Part shown: piece after piece, positions 13,968 through 22,312 of the stretch
Layout of the letters: every line of letters starts with the position of its first letter
Position numbering within the stretch: the stretch's first letter is position 1
Assembly (NCBI GenBank): GCA_017609205.1
Contig: JAFCEL010000001.1
Location: 120,001 to 152,000, forward strand
Length of the DNA: 32,000 nt
From: Candidatus Saccharimonadota bacterium
GTDB taxonomy: Archaea; Nanobdellota; Nanobdellia; Pacearchaeales; GW2011-AR1
Reading direction: 5' to 3'
Notes under the pieces: model-generated
What the model was told of the DNA's origin: nothing
Seen by the model: the letters and a program-made list of their open reading frames with translations, nothing else
Database searches by the model: none
Translations under genes and position numbers: made by a program

Positions 13968-15251
13968 TTATTTAATAATAATCTTAGAAATACCCATGTC
14001 ATTAATCTTCTTTTTATTATCCTGTTTCCAGAGATTAAGAAATTTTCTGATTGTAAAATTAATTTTTTCTCGTGCATGAATTCTTCCTCCTCTAATAAAA
14101 GTATTCCTATGTTTATGTCTGAATAAATTGAGGTTAATCTTATCTTCTATAAAAGGTCCGACATAAACAATTTCTTTCTTTGCTTTAATAACAAAAATAT
14201 ATCTCGCAGACTTCTTTTTAGAATACTCAAAATATTTTTCTTTTATTTCAAAATATTTTTCAATTTCTTTTGCTAAATGTCTATAGAATTTAAATAATTT
14301 GCTTCCTGCAACATCTCCTTCTTGCAATTTTGTTTTAACCTCAAGAATTATTATCTCGTAGTTATTTTTTTTGTTCTCTGAGTAAATCTTCTCAAGATCG
14401 ATTTTTTCTACTTCAAAGGACCTTATTGAAGGATTTTCTAAGAATTTTTTACACTGATCCTTGAACTTCTCAAATGTTTCTTGAGAAAGGGCAGCCAAAA
14501 CATTCCTTTGTTTATAAGTTGGATCGATTAAGATTATAGGGGATTGGAGTTTAGAACTATTCAAATCAAGCAAGATATTCTTCTTATTCTTGTGTTGCTT
14601 TTCAATATCAATGATTATTTTCTCACCCTTCCTAGAAGTTGCAATTGCCTTAATGAATTTTAAAAAACTCTTATAGTAACAGATTAATAATTCCAGCCCA
14701 TAGCCAGAAAAACCCCTTATATAGGATTCTGCTCCATAGCAGTTTTTTGCGTAACAGAATGCTTTCGCAAGCATAACTTCGTTTAAAATTTTCTCATTTT
14801 TTATCTTTTTATTTATGTATTTAACATGAGAATATGACAAATCAGTTATATTTTCTGCTTGTTCTGATTTTGTTATTTTTTTTACAGGAACAATCTCAAA
14901 GAATAATAAAGGAGAAACATTAACTTGGAAATAATCCCTTGACCCATGGACTTTTATAAAATTCCCAACGCCTTTCAGAATCTCTTCAGTCATCCCAGAG
15001 ATTTCTTTGTTATTGTATTTTTTATCAAATCTAAGAAAGATATCAATATCATATCTGTCTTTCTTTATCATAGTTTTCTTAGAATAACTTCCCCCAACAA
15101 ATATCTCTGCTTTTATATCGAGTGATTTGATCCTTATCTTAACTTTTTTCAAGAACTCTTTCAAATTCTTATCAATGAATTCCAAATCTTCTTTTGGAGG
15201 CCTAACCTTCTTTAAGGCTTCTTTTAGAATAGATTCTCTTTTTTTATCCAT
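13968..15251 (-). CDS. cca: CCA-adding enzyme (archaeal class I tRNA nucleotidyltransferase)
   Basis: The nucleotidyltransferase motif is FVGGSYSKKT...DIDIFLRF. The archaeal CCA signature is GAESYIRGFSGYGLELLICYY. The protein is 427 aa. Confidence 0.9.
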   Translation of the reverse strand: MDKKRESILKEALKKVRPPKEDLEFIDKNLKEFLKKVKIRIKSLDIKAEIFVGGSYSKKTMIKKDRYDIDIFLRFDKKYNNKEISGMTEEILKGVGNFIKVHGSRDYFQVNVSPLLFFEIVPVKKITKSEQAENITDLSYSHVKYINKKIKNEKILNEVMLAKAFCYAKNCYGAESYIRGFSGYGLELLICYYKSFLKFIKAIATSRKGEKIIIDIEKQHKNKKNILLDLNSSKLQSPIILIDPTYKQRNVLAALSQETFEKFKDQCKKFLENPSIRSFEVEKIDLEKIYSENKKNNYEIIILEVKTKLQEGDVAGSKLFKFYRHLAKEIEKYFEIKEKYFEYSKKKSARYIFVIKAKKEIVYVGPFIEDKINLNLFRHKHRNTFIRGGRIHAREKINFTIRKFLNLWKQDNKKKINDMGISKIIIK

Positions 15252-15270
15252 AAAATATATATCAAAAAGG

Positions 15271-15286
15271 CTTTTTATATTTTTAA
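15271..15286 (-). promoter_or_regulatory. TATA-like box for cca
   Basis: The minus-strand sequence ttaaaaatataaaaag is centred about 27 nt upstream of the ATG at 15251. Confidence 0.35.
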
Positions 15287-15313
15287 CAATAGTTGAGAAA
15301 ATTTATTTGGGGT

Positions 15314-15730
15314 CTAGTCTTTTTTCTGAGGATCTCTAATTTCCTTTATATCATTAATATTTCTTTTCAGTGTCGACGCTAAATCAATAATATACTTTCC
15401 TTCTTCCATCTTGTATATTAATGGCCTATCTTTTCTAAATAAATTTACCAAGTCAATCTCAAATTTTCCTGAACCAATCGCTCTGACTGACTCCAAATCA
15501 AGAATAACAGGTGCTTCCTGATCTGTAATCCCTGCAATCTCCCTTACATCTCTTTCAATTTTTATCTTTTCTTTTTCAGGAATTTCAATAATCGGTTCTT
15601 CTTTTATTCTCTCTAATTGCTCATCCCTAATATAAAAAAAGAATTTTCCTCCGCATTCTCCACATCCTTCTAAAAGCTCCCTACTTCCTAAAGGGATAAT
15701 TTTTTTGCAATGAACACACTGGTGTGGCAT
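15314..15730 (-). CDS. Zn-ribbon protein, DUF2072/COG3364-like (archaea-specific, function unknown)
   Basis: MPHQCVHCKK...GCGECGGKFFFY forms an N-terminal CxxC...CxxC ribbon, followed by an acidic linker and a C-terminal domain (GSGKFEIDLVNLF...EEGKYIIDL). The family assignment is from memory and is not a search result. Confidence 0.6.
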   Translation of the reverse strand: MPHQCVHCKKIIPLGSRELLEGCGECGGKFFFYIRDEQLERIKEEPIIEIPEKEKIKIERDVREIAGITDQEAPVILDLESVRAIGSGKFEIDLVNLFRKDRPLIYKMEEGKYIIDLASTLKRNINDIKEIRDPQKKD

Positions 15731-15759
15731 AGAAAGAGAATTTCCTAAAGTTAATAAAT

Positions 15760-16098
15760 TTATCTGTGTTTTTGACGATAATAACTTTCCAAACTATTCC
15801 AAATATTTTCTTCTATCCTTTGATTATCTCTATCACAAAAAGGGTCATCACAGCACGCGAGCTCTTCTAAACAACTAATACAATAATGATAATTTGATTG
15901 TTCTTCCTTAAATTTATAACCACAATTAGAACAAAAGTTTCCTTCCTCATATCTCAAAACTTTAGCATTAAATCCGAACAAAGGTCTTAATCTTTCTAAA
16001 TTCATAGAGACAAAAGCTTCAAGAATTTCTTCATTAGGAATTAAAGAGATAATACCTTCTATCTGTTTTTGATTCTTAAATATATTAAGTAATTCCAT
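15760..16098 (-). CDS. Hypothetical Cys-rich zinc-finger protein (112 aa)
   Basis: The Cys pattern is CSNCGYKF...YHYCISCLEELACCDDPFCDRD (CxxC...CxxC plus an extra Cys cluster). It is embedded in the GTPase module. Confidence 0.5.
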   Translation of the reverse strand: MELLNIFKNQKQIEGIISLIPNEEILEAFVSMNLERLRPLFGFNAKVLRYEEGNFCSNCGYKFKEEQSNYHYCISCLEELACCDDPFCDRDNQRIEENIWNSLESYYRQKHR

Positions 16099-16121
16099 TT
16101 TAATAAATCAAGAAGGTCCTA

Positions 16122-16529
16122 CTATTTATTCAACATTAATTCTATTTTTTTAGGATTTCTCTTAATCTCTTTAACTACTGTTGCTGGCCCTATTATGGTT
16201 ATCGCACTTAGATCCCCTCCAGAAAGAATATTTACAAATTTTCTTCTGAACTTTGAAAAGAGTTTATCATCTCCATTTCCAGCAATAACTGCGAGTTCGA
16301 TTCCCTTAAAACCTTTTACATGCCCAATCATAGCCATTGTATCTCCTATTAGCCTAGTTTCTTCTTCGGGCAACAATCTTCCTTGTAACAATAAAATATT
16401 ATTCCCTAAAACAATCCCCAAGATTTTCCTTATTCTTTCATCGCTGTTTAAAATCCTTATCTCAGAATAAGGCATAAATTGAATTGAAAAACCTTTTATT
16501 CTTCCTAAACTCTTTCTCTTTTTCTTCAT
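16122..16529 (-). CDS. DUF2073/COG3365-like archaeal protein (function unknown)
   Basis: The 135-aa protein has the core ILLLQGRLLPEEETRLIGDTMAMI, as I recall for DUF2073. It lies between the GTPase and the Zn-ribbon genes. The family assignment is from memory. Confidence 0.55.
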   Translation of the reverse strand: MKKKRKSLGRIKGFSIQFMPYSEIRILNSDERIRKILGIVLGNNILLLQGRLLPEEETRLIGDTMAMIGHVKGFKGIELAVIAGNGDDKLFSKFRRKFVNILSGGDLSAITIIGPATVVKEIKRNPKKIELMLNK

Positions 16530-16572
16530 TTTATATTCTATTATATATTTTGGAAAATATACTTTTAAAATC

Positions 16573-17217
16573 TTACTTTATTTTCTTTGAAAGTTTAAAA
16601 ATGGACTCATAAAATTCTTCAAGGTTTTTACCATATTTTGCACTTATTCCAATGACCTCGTATTCAGGGAATGCAGATTCTATTTTCTTAATATTCGCTT
16701 TTTTTAAGTCTATTTTATTTGCAACTATCAAAACAGGAATCTTTCTTGCAATAAGATTTCCAATTATAGTAATATTTACCTGATTATAAGGATTCTCGCA
16801 TGCATCTAACACAACCACAACAATATTCATATCATCAAGCCATTTTATGCTCTCAACAACGCCTTGTGTTGCTTCTTTTGCTCTTGCTTTTGCATCACGT
16901 TTTTTCATTTTAAATTTTAGAAACTCTTCATAGTCAATTTTAGTTGCTATCCCAGGAGTATCAATCATTTTGAACACTAGTTTTTTTCCTTTATATTCGA
17001 TTTCAACTTTCTCTTTAAACTGAACATTTCTCGTCTCGTGAGGTATCTTACTCACACTTCCAATTTCTTCCCCTGTGAAATCCTTACAGATTCGATTAGC
17101 AAGACTTGTTTTTCCTGCGTTTGGAGGTCCATAAAAACCCAATTTTATCTCTTTCTTATTTCTGAAGATATTCAGAAAAATTCTTTTGAAAAAATTCTTT
17201 ACAATTCTTATTGCCAT
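16573..17217 (-). CDS. Small GTP-binding protein (Era/EngB-like P-loop GTPase)
   Basis: G1 is GPPNAGKTS, G3 is DTPGI, G4 is ANKID and G5 is SAK. Confidence 0.9.
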   Translation of the reverse strand: MAIRIVKNFFKRIFLNIFRNKKEIKLGFYGPPNAGKTSLANRICKDFTGEEIGSVSKIPHETRNVQFKEKVEIEYKGKKLVFKMIDTPGIATKIDYEEFLKFKMKKRDAKARAKEATQGVVESIKWLDDMNIVVVVLDACENPYNQVNITIIGNLIARKIPVLIVANKIDLKKANIKKIESAFPEYEVIGISAKYGKNLEEFYESIFKLSKKIK

Positions 17218-17236
17218 AAATTATCTTAAAATCAAT

Positions 17237-17249
17237 CTTTATTAAATTT
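17237..17249 (-). promoter_or_regulatory. TATA-like box for the GTPase gene
   Basis: The minus-strand sequence aaatttaataaag is centred about 26 nt upstream of the ATG at 17217. It overlaps the stop codon of the upstream 886-aa gene. Confidence 0.35.
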
Positions 17250-19902
17250 TTCGTGCTGGAGTTACTCTTTTTATAGAAGGGTTCTTCTGAGAAACCTTAT
17301 TTACATCCTTCTTTGGAACCAAATTCTTTACTTTATCAACGAACTTCATTACAGGTATCTCAACCATCCCTGTCCTTTTTCCGAGATATTTTTTGATAAC
17401 ATAATCAATTTGTTCTGACCTCCATCCTTGTTCTTTTAACTTGGCTTTTATTTTCTCATCACTTTCTCCTCTCTCTTTTGCATTTTTAATATAAACAATA
17501 AGATTATACAAATCGTTTCTTTCTCTGAAGAGATAGTTTTCATATTTTCTCTTATACCACTCTTGTAAGAAAATATATGTCCCAAATCCTAGTAATAAAA
17601 TAATCATTATAATCGCTACCAACCACCCCCATTTCATATTTTCTAATACCCTTGAAGGAGGCCTGAGAAGTTCTAATCTTTCAATCCCAGGAGATATAAA
17701 AACAGGGAGTTCAAAAAAATCAACATCCTCTGTAGTAGAAAATTCAATTATTTTCTCAGGAGAATTCATATCAATAACAAAATATCCAGAACTTTCAGTT
17801 TCAAGATAGTTTTCTTTAAACATTAAATTTTCCATTTTTTTTATTATAATATAAGGGTCAGCATCCATTCCTTCTTTTGCTTTTAGGCTCAATTTGAATA
17901 AATTTACAATATCCTCCTGCATCCCACCATCATAAACTCCAGAGAGTTTTTCAGAACTTAATCTAACCTCAACATTTTTTTGTTCCCACATAAGAACAGC
18001 TTTTAGATAATCATCTTTTTCTTCAATAGGATAATTCCCATTACTTAAATTTCCCAATACCTCAAGATTGATATTCTCCTCCAAAGGGTAGAAGAGAAGG
18101 TTTTCTGTTTTTTTACTTGTAATAATTCTAGAGGGTATCTTTAAATCCAAAATTCTTTCAACAATCTGATTATACTCTTCTTCTGTGCTTGCAGAGGCAT
18201 AATCTCTCTGAATTTGTTTGAATTCTTCAGTAACTTTATCAAGATTAATAACAGACTTTATTGCTTGTTGGTAAAAAACGTCTTTTGAGTTGATTTGCTC
18301 TTCGAGATTGGACAGGTCTTGTTGCATTTGCTCAATCTTTTCCTTTAGAAGTTCCTTTGGTGAAACTACAACAACATCAAATTCTCTTGAAGAAATTCTT
18401 CCCAAAGTATCTTCAATAGTCACTCTCAAAATAAAAGTTCCTGTATCAGAATAAGTATGAGAGACTTTATTCGTTTGTGTTGTTTCAGTACTGTTATCTC
18501 CGAAGTCCCATTTATAACTTCTTATTTCAACATCAGAATCAAGAAGGATTCTAAAAGAAGTGGGAAACGCCGAAGCTGTTTTTGTAGGAATTAAATATTT
18601 TGGCTGAGGAATATCTTCTACAAAAATGTTCTCAGATAAAACATTCTCCCCATTTAATTTAAGGTCGAAAGTGTAATTACCATATTCTGAAGGAGTCTTA
18701 AATCCAGCATAATCAAGGCGTATTTTTTGACTATCTGCTGTAACTTTTGCAGGAGATTCCTCTAATTCATAAAACTTATCCTCAACTATGTTCCCAAGAG
18801 AGGTTTCGTATTTAAGTTTGAGAGACTTAAGAATTATTCTTTGCTGTTCTCCTGATAAAATCTTAAATGGAATAATGCAACCTCCAGAGCAATTAAGCCC
18901 CTCATACCTGCTTGTTAAATAATCATTCATTTCTCCAGAGAGAGTGTTTCCATAAGAAATTGAGTTTGTTATATTCAAAATACCGACGCTGTCAAATTTT
19001 CTCCCTTCAGCAAATATTCTAAAAGAAGCATCTTCATCCTGGATTCCCTCACCATAAAAACCACAACCATTTGCATCAGAGTAACCTTTTATCTTGGATG
19101 TCCCCTCTTCCTCAGAATAGACACAAACATAATACTCTTCTTTTTCCAAAAGAGGATGCTCAATCTCACAAGAGTATTCTTTTGCTGTTGTTAGATTTGT
19201 TATTTCACACACGCCACCTTCAACTGGCTCTCCGTCGGGCTTATAGAGAGCAATTTTTATACTCCGTGAATCCCCTTCTGGGTTTATCCATGCTCCCAGA
19301 TTAAATCCTGCTGATGCAGACAGATTAATTCTTTGACAATGTTTATTTGGAAGTCTTCCTATAATATACTCATTTGAAGTAATATTCTCATCAAAACATC
19401 CATAATCTCTCATAGAATCGCATGCCTCTAGAGAAGACTTTGAATTACCTGTTTCAATTGTTCCATCTAATCCAAAATCTATTCTTATTTGATTATAACA
19501 GGATTTTCCTGCGTCACTTTCAACCACAAAATCAATAGAGTTAATAGCAATTATGTCTCCCTCTAATAAAAAACCAAAGATTTTCTCAGAGTCAATACCT
19601 ATATCAAAACTTTTTTCAGTTTCTCCATTTAAAGGAGAATAATCAGAACTGCAATTTTTTATATTGCACGAATACTGAAGATTTTTATTAGATTCTAAAA
19701 GATTAATCAAAGTTACTTTATTTCCAAAAGAATCAGAAAACAAAGAATTCGCTGGCTCTTTTTGAAAACTTAGATTAACCCAGCCCTTTATATTTCCTGA
19801 AGGCTTATAGTATTTATCAATTGAATAATCTCCAATCTTATAATCTGCACAAACAAAATTTACTAAGACGATGAATAGTAAAAAAATAACCTCTCTTTTC
19901 AT
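17242..19902 (-). CDS. Large type I membrane surface protein with a PKD domain, a coiled coil, a C-terminal TM helix and a cytoplasmic tail of about 100 aa
   Basis: The signal peptide is MKREVIFLLFIVLVNFVCA and the N-terminal region is Cys-containing. The PKD signature is YKWDFGDNS...GTFILRVTIEDTLG. The TM helix is WGWLVAIIMIILLLGFGTYIFL, followed by a basic tail. Confidence 0.75.
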   Translation of the reverse strand: MKREVIFLLFIVLVNFVCADYKIGDYSIDKYYKPSGNIKGWVNLSFQKEPANSLFSDSFGNKVTLINLLESNKNLQYSCNIKNCSSDYSPLNGETEKSFDIGIDSEKIFGFLLEGDIIAINSIDFVVESDAGKSCYNQIRIDFGLDGTIETGNSKSSLEACDSMRDYGCFDENITSNEYIIGRLPNKHCQRINLSASAGFNLGAWINPEGDSRSIKIALYKPDGEPVEGGVCEITNLTTAKEYSCEIEHPLLEKEEYYVCVYSEEEGTSKIKGYSDANGCGFYGEGIQDEDASFRIFAEGRKFDSVGILNITNSISYGNTLSGEMNDYLTSRYEGLNCSGGCIIPFKILSGEQQRIILKSLKLKYETSLGNIVEDKFYELEESPAKVTADSQKIRLDYAGFKTPSEYGNYTFDLKLNGENVLSENIFVEDIPQPKYLIPTKTASAFPTSFRILLDSDVEIRSYKWDFGDNSTETTQTNKVSHTYSDTGTFILRVTIEDTLGRISSREFDVVVVSPKELLKEKIEQMQQDLSNLEEQINSKDVFYQQAIKSVINLDKVTEEFKQIQRDYASASTEEEYNQIVERILDLKIPSRIITSKKTENLLFYPLEENINLEVLGNLSNGNYPIEEKDDYLKAVLMWEQKNVEVRLSSEKLSGVYDGGMQEDIVNLFKLSLKAKEGMDADPYIIIKKMENLMFKENYLETESSGYFVIDMNSPEKIIEFSTTEDVDFFELPVFISPGIERLELLRPPSRVLENMKWGWLVAIIMIILLLGFGTYIFLQEWYKRKYENYLFRERNDLYNLIVYIKNAKERGESDEKIKAKLKEQGWRSEQIDYVIKKYLGKRTGMVEIPVMKFVDKVKNLVPKKDVNKVSQKNPSIKRVTPARKI

Positions 19903-19920
19903 CTCTAAAAATAGTAATTC

Positions 19921-19932
19921 TCTTTTATAAAA
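19921..19932 (-). promoter_or_regulatory. TATA-like box for the 886-aa surface protein gene
   Basis: The minus-strand sequence ttttataaaaga is centred about 25 nt upstream of the ATG at 19902, inside a 35-nt intergenic gap. Confidence 0.4.
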
Positions 19933-19937
19933 TTATC

Positions 19938-21353
19938 TCATCTTTTTGTTTTAGATTTCTTTTTCTTAGACAAAAGATAATAAATAATTACAATAATCCC
20001 CAAGGCTATTAAAATACTAATAATAGAAAACAAAGGAAGTAATGCTGCAACAGGACAAGGAATCCTATTAGTCCCTTCTTGCTCACATGCTCCGAAATTA
20101 TCATTAGGATCATAATGCCAATTCCCAGAACCATTAGGCTCTTCAATCCATCCTGGCTCTCCTTGTTTTTCACTTCCGAAAATATTTCCAGAATCCCATG
20201 TGTAAATGCCCAACCAGGAATACTCTAAAAACCCATCTTCACAATCATCAGTAGTATTCTCCTTATAAAAACAACTTCCAATTACAACAGGATTTTCATC
20301 ACTACAATTTAAATTATCTGTTTTAGATGGTCCACAATAACCATCAACCCACTCACACGAGCAAGTATACCATATCTGGCAATTTCCATCAGTAAAAACT
20401 TCTCCGCAAGAATCTCCTCCATCATTGTTTTCAATACTTATGCTCGCAACACTGCAGATATCTGCTTCACAATCTTCTTCTGAAGTGTAATCTCTACATA
20501 TTCCAATTGAACTACAAAAACTATCTCGATTTATTAAATTGAACTGAATATTATTGCTTGAAAAATCCAAAACATTAAAATAAAAATTATCAAGTTCTCC
20601 TTCTAAAGGGCTCTCTAATGCTTTATCTATATCCTCTTGAGTTACAGTCCATAAGGCTTTTGCATTTCCTTCTGAATCAACAGTTGCATTAATAGTCCTC
20701 AGATATCCATAACCCATAAGATCTTCTTCATAGATATCAAAACCAACTATTGTCCCTTCAGACAATCCAGAATTCTTTAAAACCATCATTAATTGAGTAG
20801 AACCAACAACAACATCATAAGTTCCATCTATCATACCCTCATCACTATCTGCCCAATAAGCAATTGCTTCATCTACACATTGTCCGTCTATAAATTCTTG
20901 TGCTGTACCGCATACCCCTTCACAACATATTTTCACAGGATAATCTCCTGCTTCTCCAATATGGGCATCTGTTAGATTTGTCAAAGACAAGACTTCTAAT
21001 TCTGTAGGATTACAAGAATCTCTGTTTGTACAAACCAGATTCTCATAACAAATAGGATTATCATAGTTATTATAATCAGGGATTTCAGCGTGAGAATTTG
21101 TTCTATTCTCAAGTTTTATTATCACATTCCCTAATGAACAGTCAGTACTTCCTGTTCCAAAATTACAGCACAAAACATAATCATAATTCCCTTCACTAAG
21201 AAGCTCTCCATGTGCATTTGTCGGCGCAGATAATCCCATAATTTCATTATAAGCACAAGAGACTTTTGGAACAATTGTACAATTTTCAGCAGAAATATTC
21301 GCAAGTAGCAAGATTGTTAAATAAATAAAAAACATCACCCCTATCTTCTTCAT
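19938..21353 (-). CDS. Cys-rich surface protein with a triple TNAH...CC repeat and a C-terminal TM anchor with a polybasic tail
   Basis: The signal peptide is MKKIGVMFFIYLTILLLANISA. Three repeats are present (LSAPTNAHGELLSEGNYDYVLCC / LENRTNSHAEIPDYNNYDNPICY / LTNLTDAHIGEAGDYPVKICC). The C-terminus is PVAALLPLFSIISILIALGIIVIIYYLLSKKKKSKTKR. Confidence 0.75.
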   Translation of the reverse strand: MKKIGVMFFIYLTILLLANISAENCTIVPKVSCAYNEIMGLSAPTNAHGELLSEGNYDYVLCCNFGTGSTDCSLGNVIIKLENRTNSHAEIPDYNNYDNPICYENLVCTNRDSCNPTELEVLSLTNLTDAHIGEAGDYPVKICCEGVCGTAQEFIDGQCVDEAIAYWADSDEGMIDGTYDVVVGSTQLMMVLKNSGLSEGTIVGFDIYEEDLMGYGYLRTINATVDSEGNAKALWTVTQEDIDKALESPLEGELDNFYFNVLDFSSNNIQFNLINRDSFCSSIGICRDYTSEEDCEADICSVASISIENNDGGDSCGEVFTDGNCQIWYTCSCEWVDGYCGPSKTDNLNCSDENPVVIGSCFYKENTTDDCEDGFLEYSWLGIYTWDSGNIFGSEKQGEPGWIEEPNGSGNWHYDPNDNFGACEQEGTNRIPCPVAALLPLFSIISILIALGIIVIIYYLLSKKKKSKTKR

Positions 21354-21373
21354 GTTTGTTTTAAGAAAATATG

Positions 21374-21385
21374 TTTTATAAATTT
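21374..21385 (-). promoter_or_regulatory. TATA-like box for the 471-aa Cys-rich protein gene
   Basis: The minus-strand sequence aaatttataaaa is centred about 26 nt upstream of the ATG at 21353. Confidence 0.4.
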
Positions 21386-21434
21386 AATTGTATCTTTGAA
21401 GAGAATATATAATTAATCAATAGAGATTAATAAA

Positions 21435-22280
21435 TTATAATTTGCAAAGTACAACACCAGGTCCTCCAGTTATAGGGTCTCTTAAACAAGCACCACTACT
21501 ACTTGTGCAAACATAAGAGGAGGGGGTTTCCCAATAACAGCCAACACATAATTGGGCATCTGTTCCAAAATTATCTTGGCAACATTGTTGCCCTGTAATT
21601 CCAATACAATCCTCCATATATACACATTGGTAATTATATGTACAATCTTGTGTTTTTGAACAAACTCCTCCACAAAAACTACAATCAACATTCTCTACAA
21701 ATGTTCCATCCAAATACTTTCCACAAGTTCTAGTAATTGTTTGAGTTCTTCCAGATTCCAAGTTCTGACAATAACCACACTGGCTTCTTGTATTATAATT
21801 CCAATCAGAATATTGATAAGTGTAAGTATAAACAGGCTGGCAAAAATCCCCATCGTCAATTGCCTGTTGCAATGTTTTTGTGTCTCCATTAATAGTAATC
21901 TCGACTTCATCTGCATAATGTCCTGGGTTTGGTTTTGGATTTGAATAAGAAGTTGTGGGTGTGCTTCCGCATAGATTATTTGATGCAATTGCATCTGCTA
22001 AAGTCATTTCATTTCCATCAACAGAAACCCAAATCTCATCAGGATTATGTCCAAAACTAACAGAAGTTGTTCCAGAGCTTGTCGGTGCACTTGCATTTAC
22101 CCTTAAATAATCTCCTTCAATTGCTTCCTTTAAAGTCATTGTTTTTCCATCGATGTTAACAAGAATATCGCTTGAAGAATGTTTTTTTCCATAAATCCCT
22201 GCGTAAATAATCATTAATGTAAAAACTATGCTAAGAAGAAATGCAGCAACTATTCTCAGTTTTTCTGTCTCTAACTTCAT
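21435..22280 (-). CDS. Membrane-anchored Cys-rich surface protein (paralogue B of 10757-11638)
   Basis: It has the same architecture as paralogue A, namely a signal-anchor and three His-initiated repeats (HSSSDILVNIDGKTMTLKEAIE / HNPDEIWVSVDGNEMTLADAIA / HYADEVEITINGDTKTLQQAID). Its Cys-rich C-terminal domain (about 18 Cys) is unrelated to that of A. Confidence 0.7.
   Translation of the reverse strand: MKLETEKLRIVAAFLLSIVFTLMIIYAGIYGKKHSSSDILVNIDGKTMTLKEAIEGDYLRVNASAPTSSGTTSVSFGHNPDEIWVSVDGNEMTLADAIASNNLCGSTPTTSYSNPKPNPGHYADEVEITINGDTKTLQQAIDDGDFCQPVYTYTYQYSDWNYNTRSQCGYCQNLESGRTQTITRTCGKYLDGTFVENVDCSFCGGVCSKTQDCTYNYQCVYMEDCIGITGQQCCQDNFGTDAQLCVGCYWETPSSYVCTSSSGACLRDPITGGPGVVLCKL
21841..21950 (-). 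repeat. Inverted copy of the 110-nt block at 11090-11199
   Basis: The reverse complement matches 11090-11199 at 109/110 positions by hand alignment. The flanking conserved codons differ at many synonymous sites. Confidence 0.9.
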
Positions 22281-22301
22281 AGTTATAACACTTATTTGGG
22301 G

Positions 22302-22312
22302 TTTTTAAATTT
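22302..22312 (-). promoter_or_regulatory. TATA-like box for Cys-rich paralogue B
   Basis: The minus-strand sequence aaatttaaaaa is centred about 27 nt upstream of the ATG at 22280 and overlaps the secG stop codon. Confidence 0.4.
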
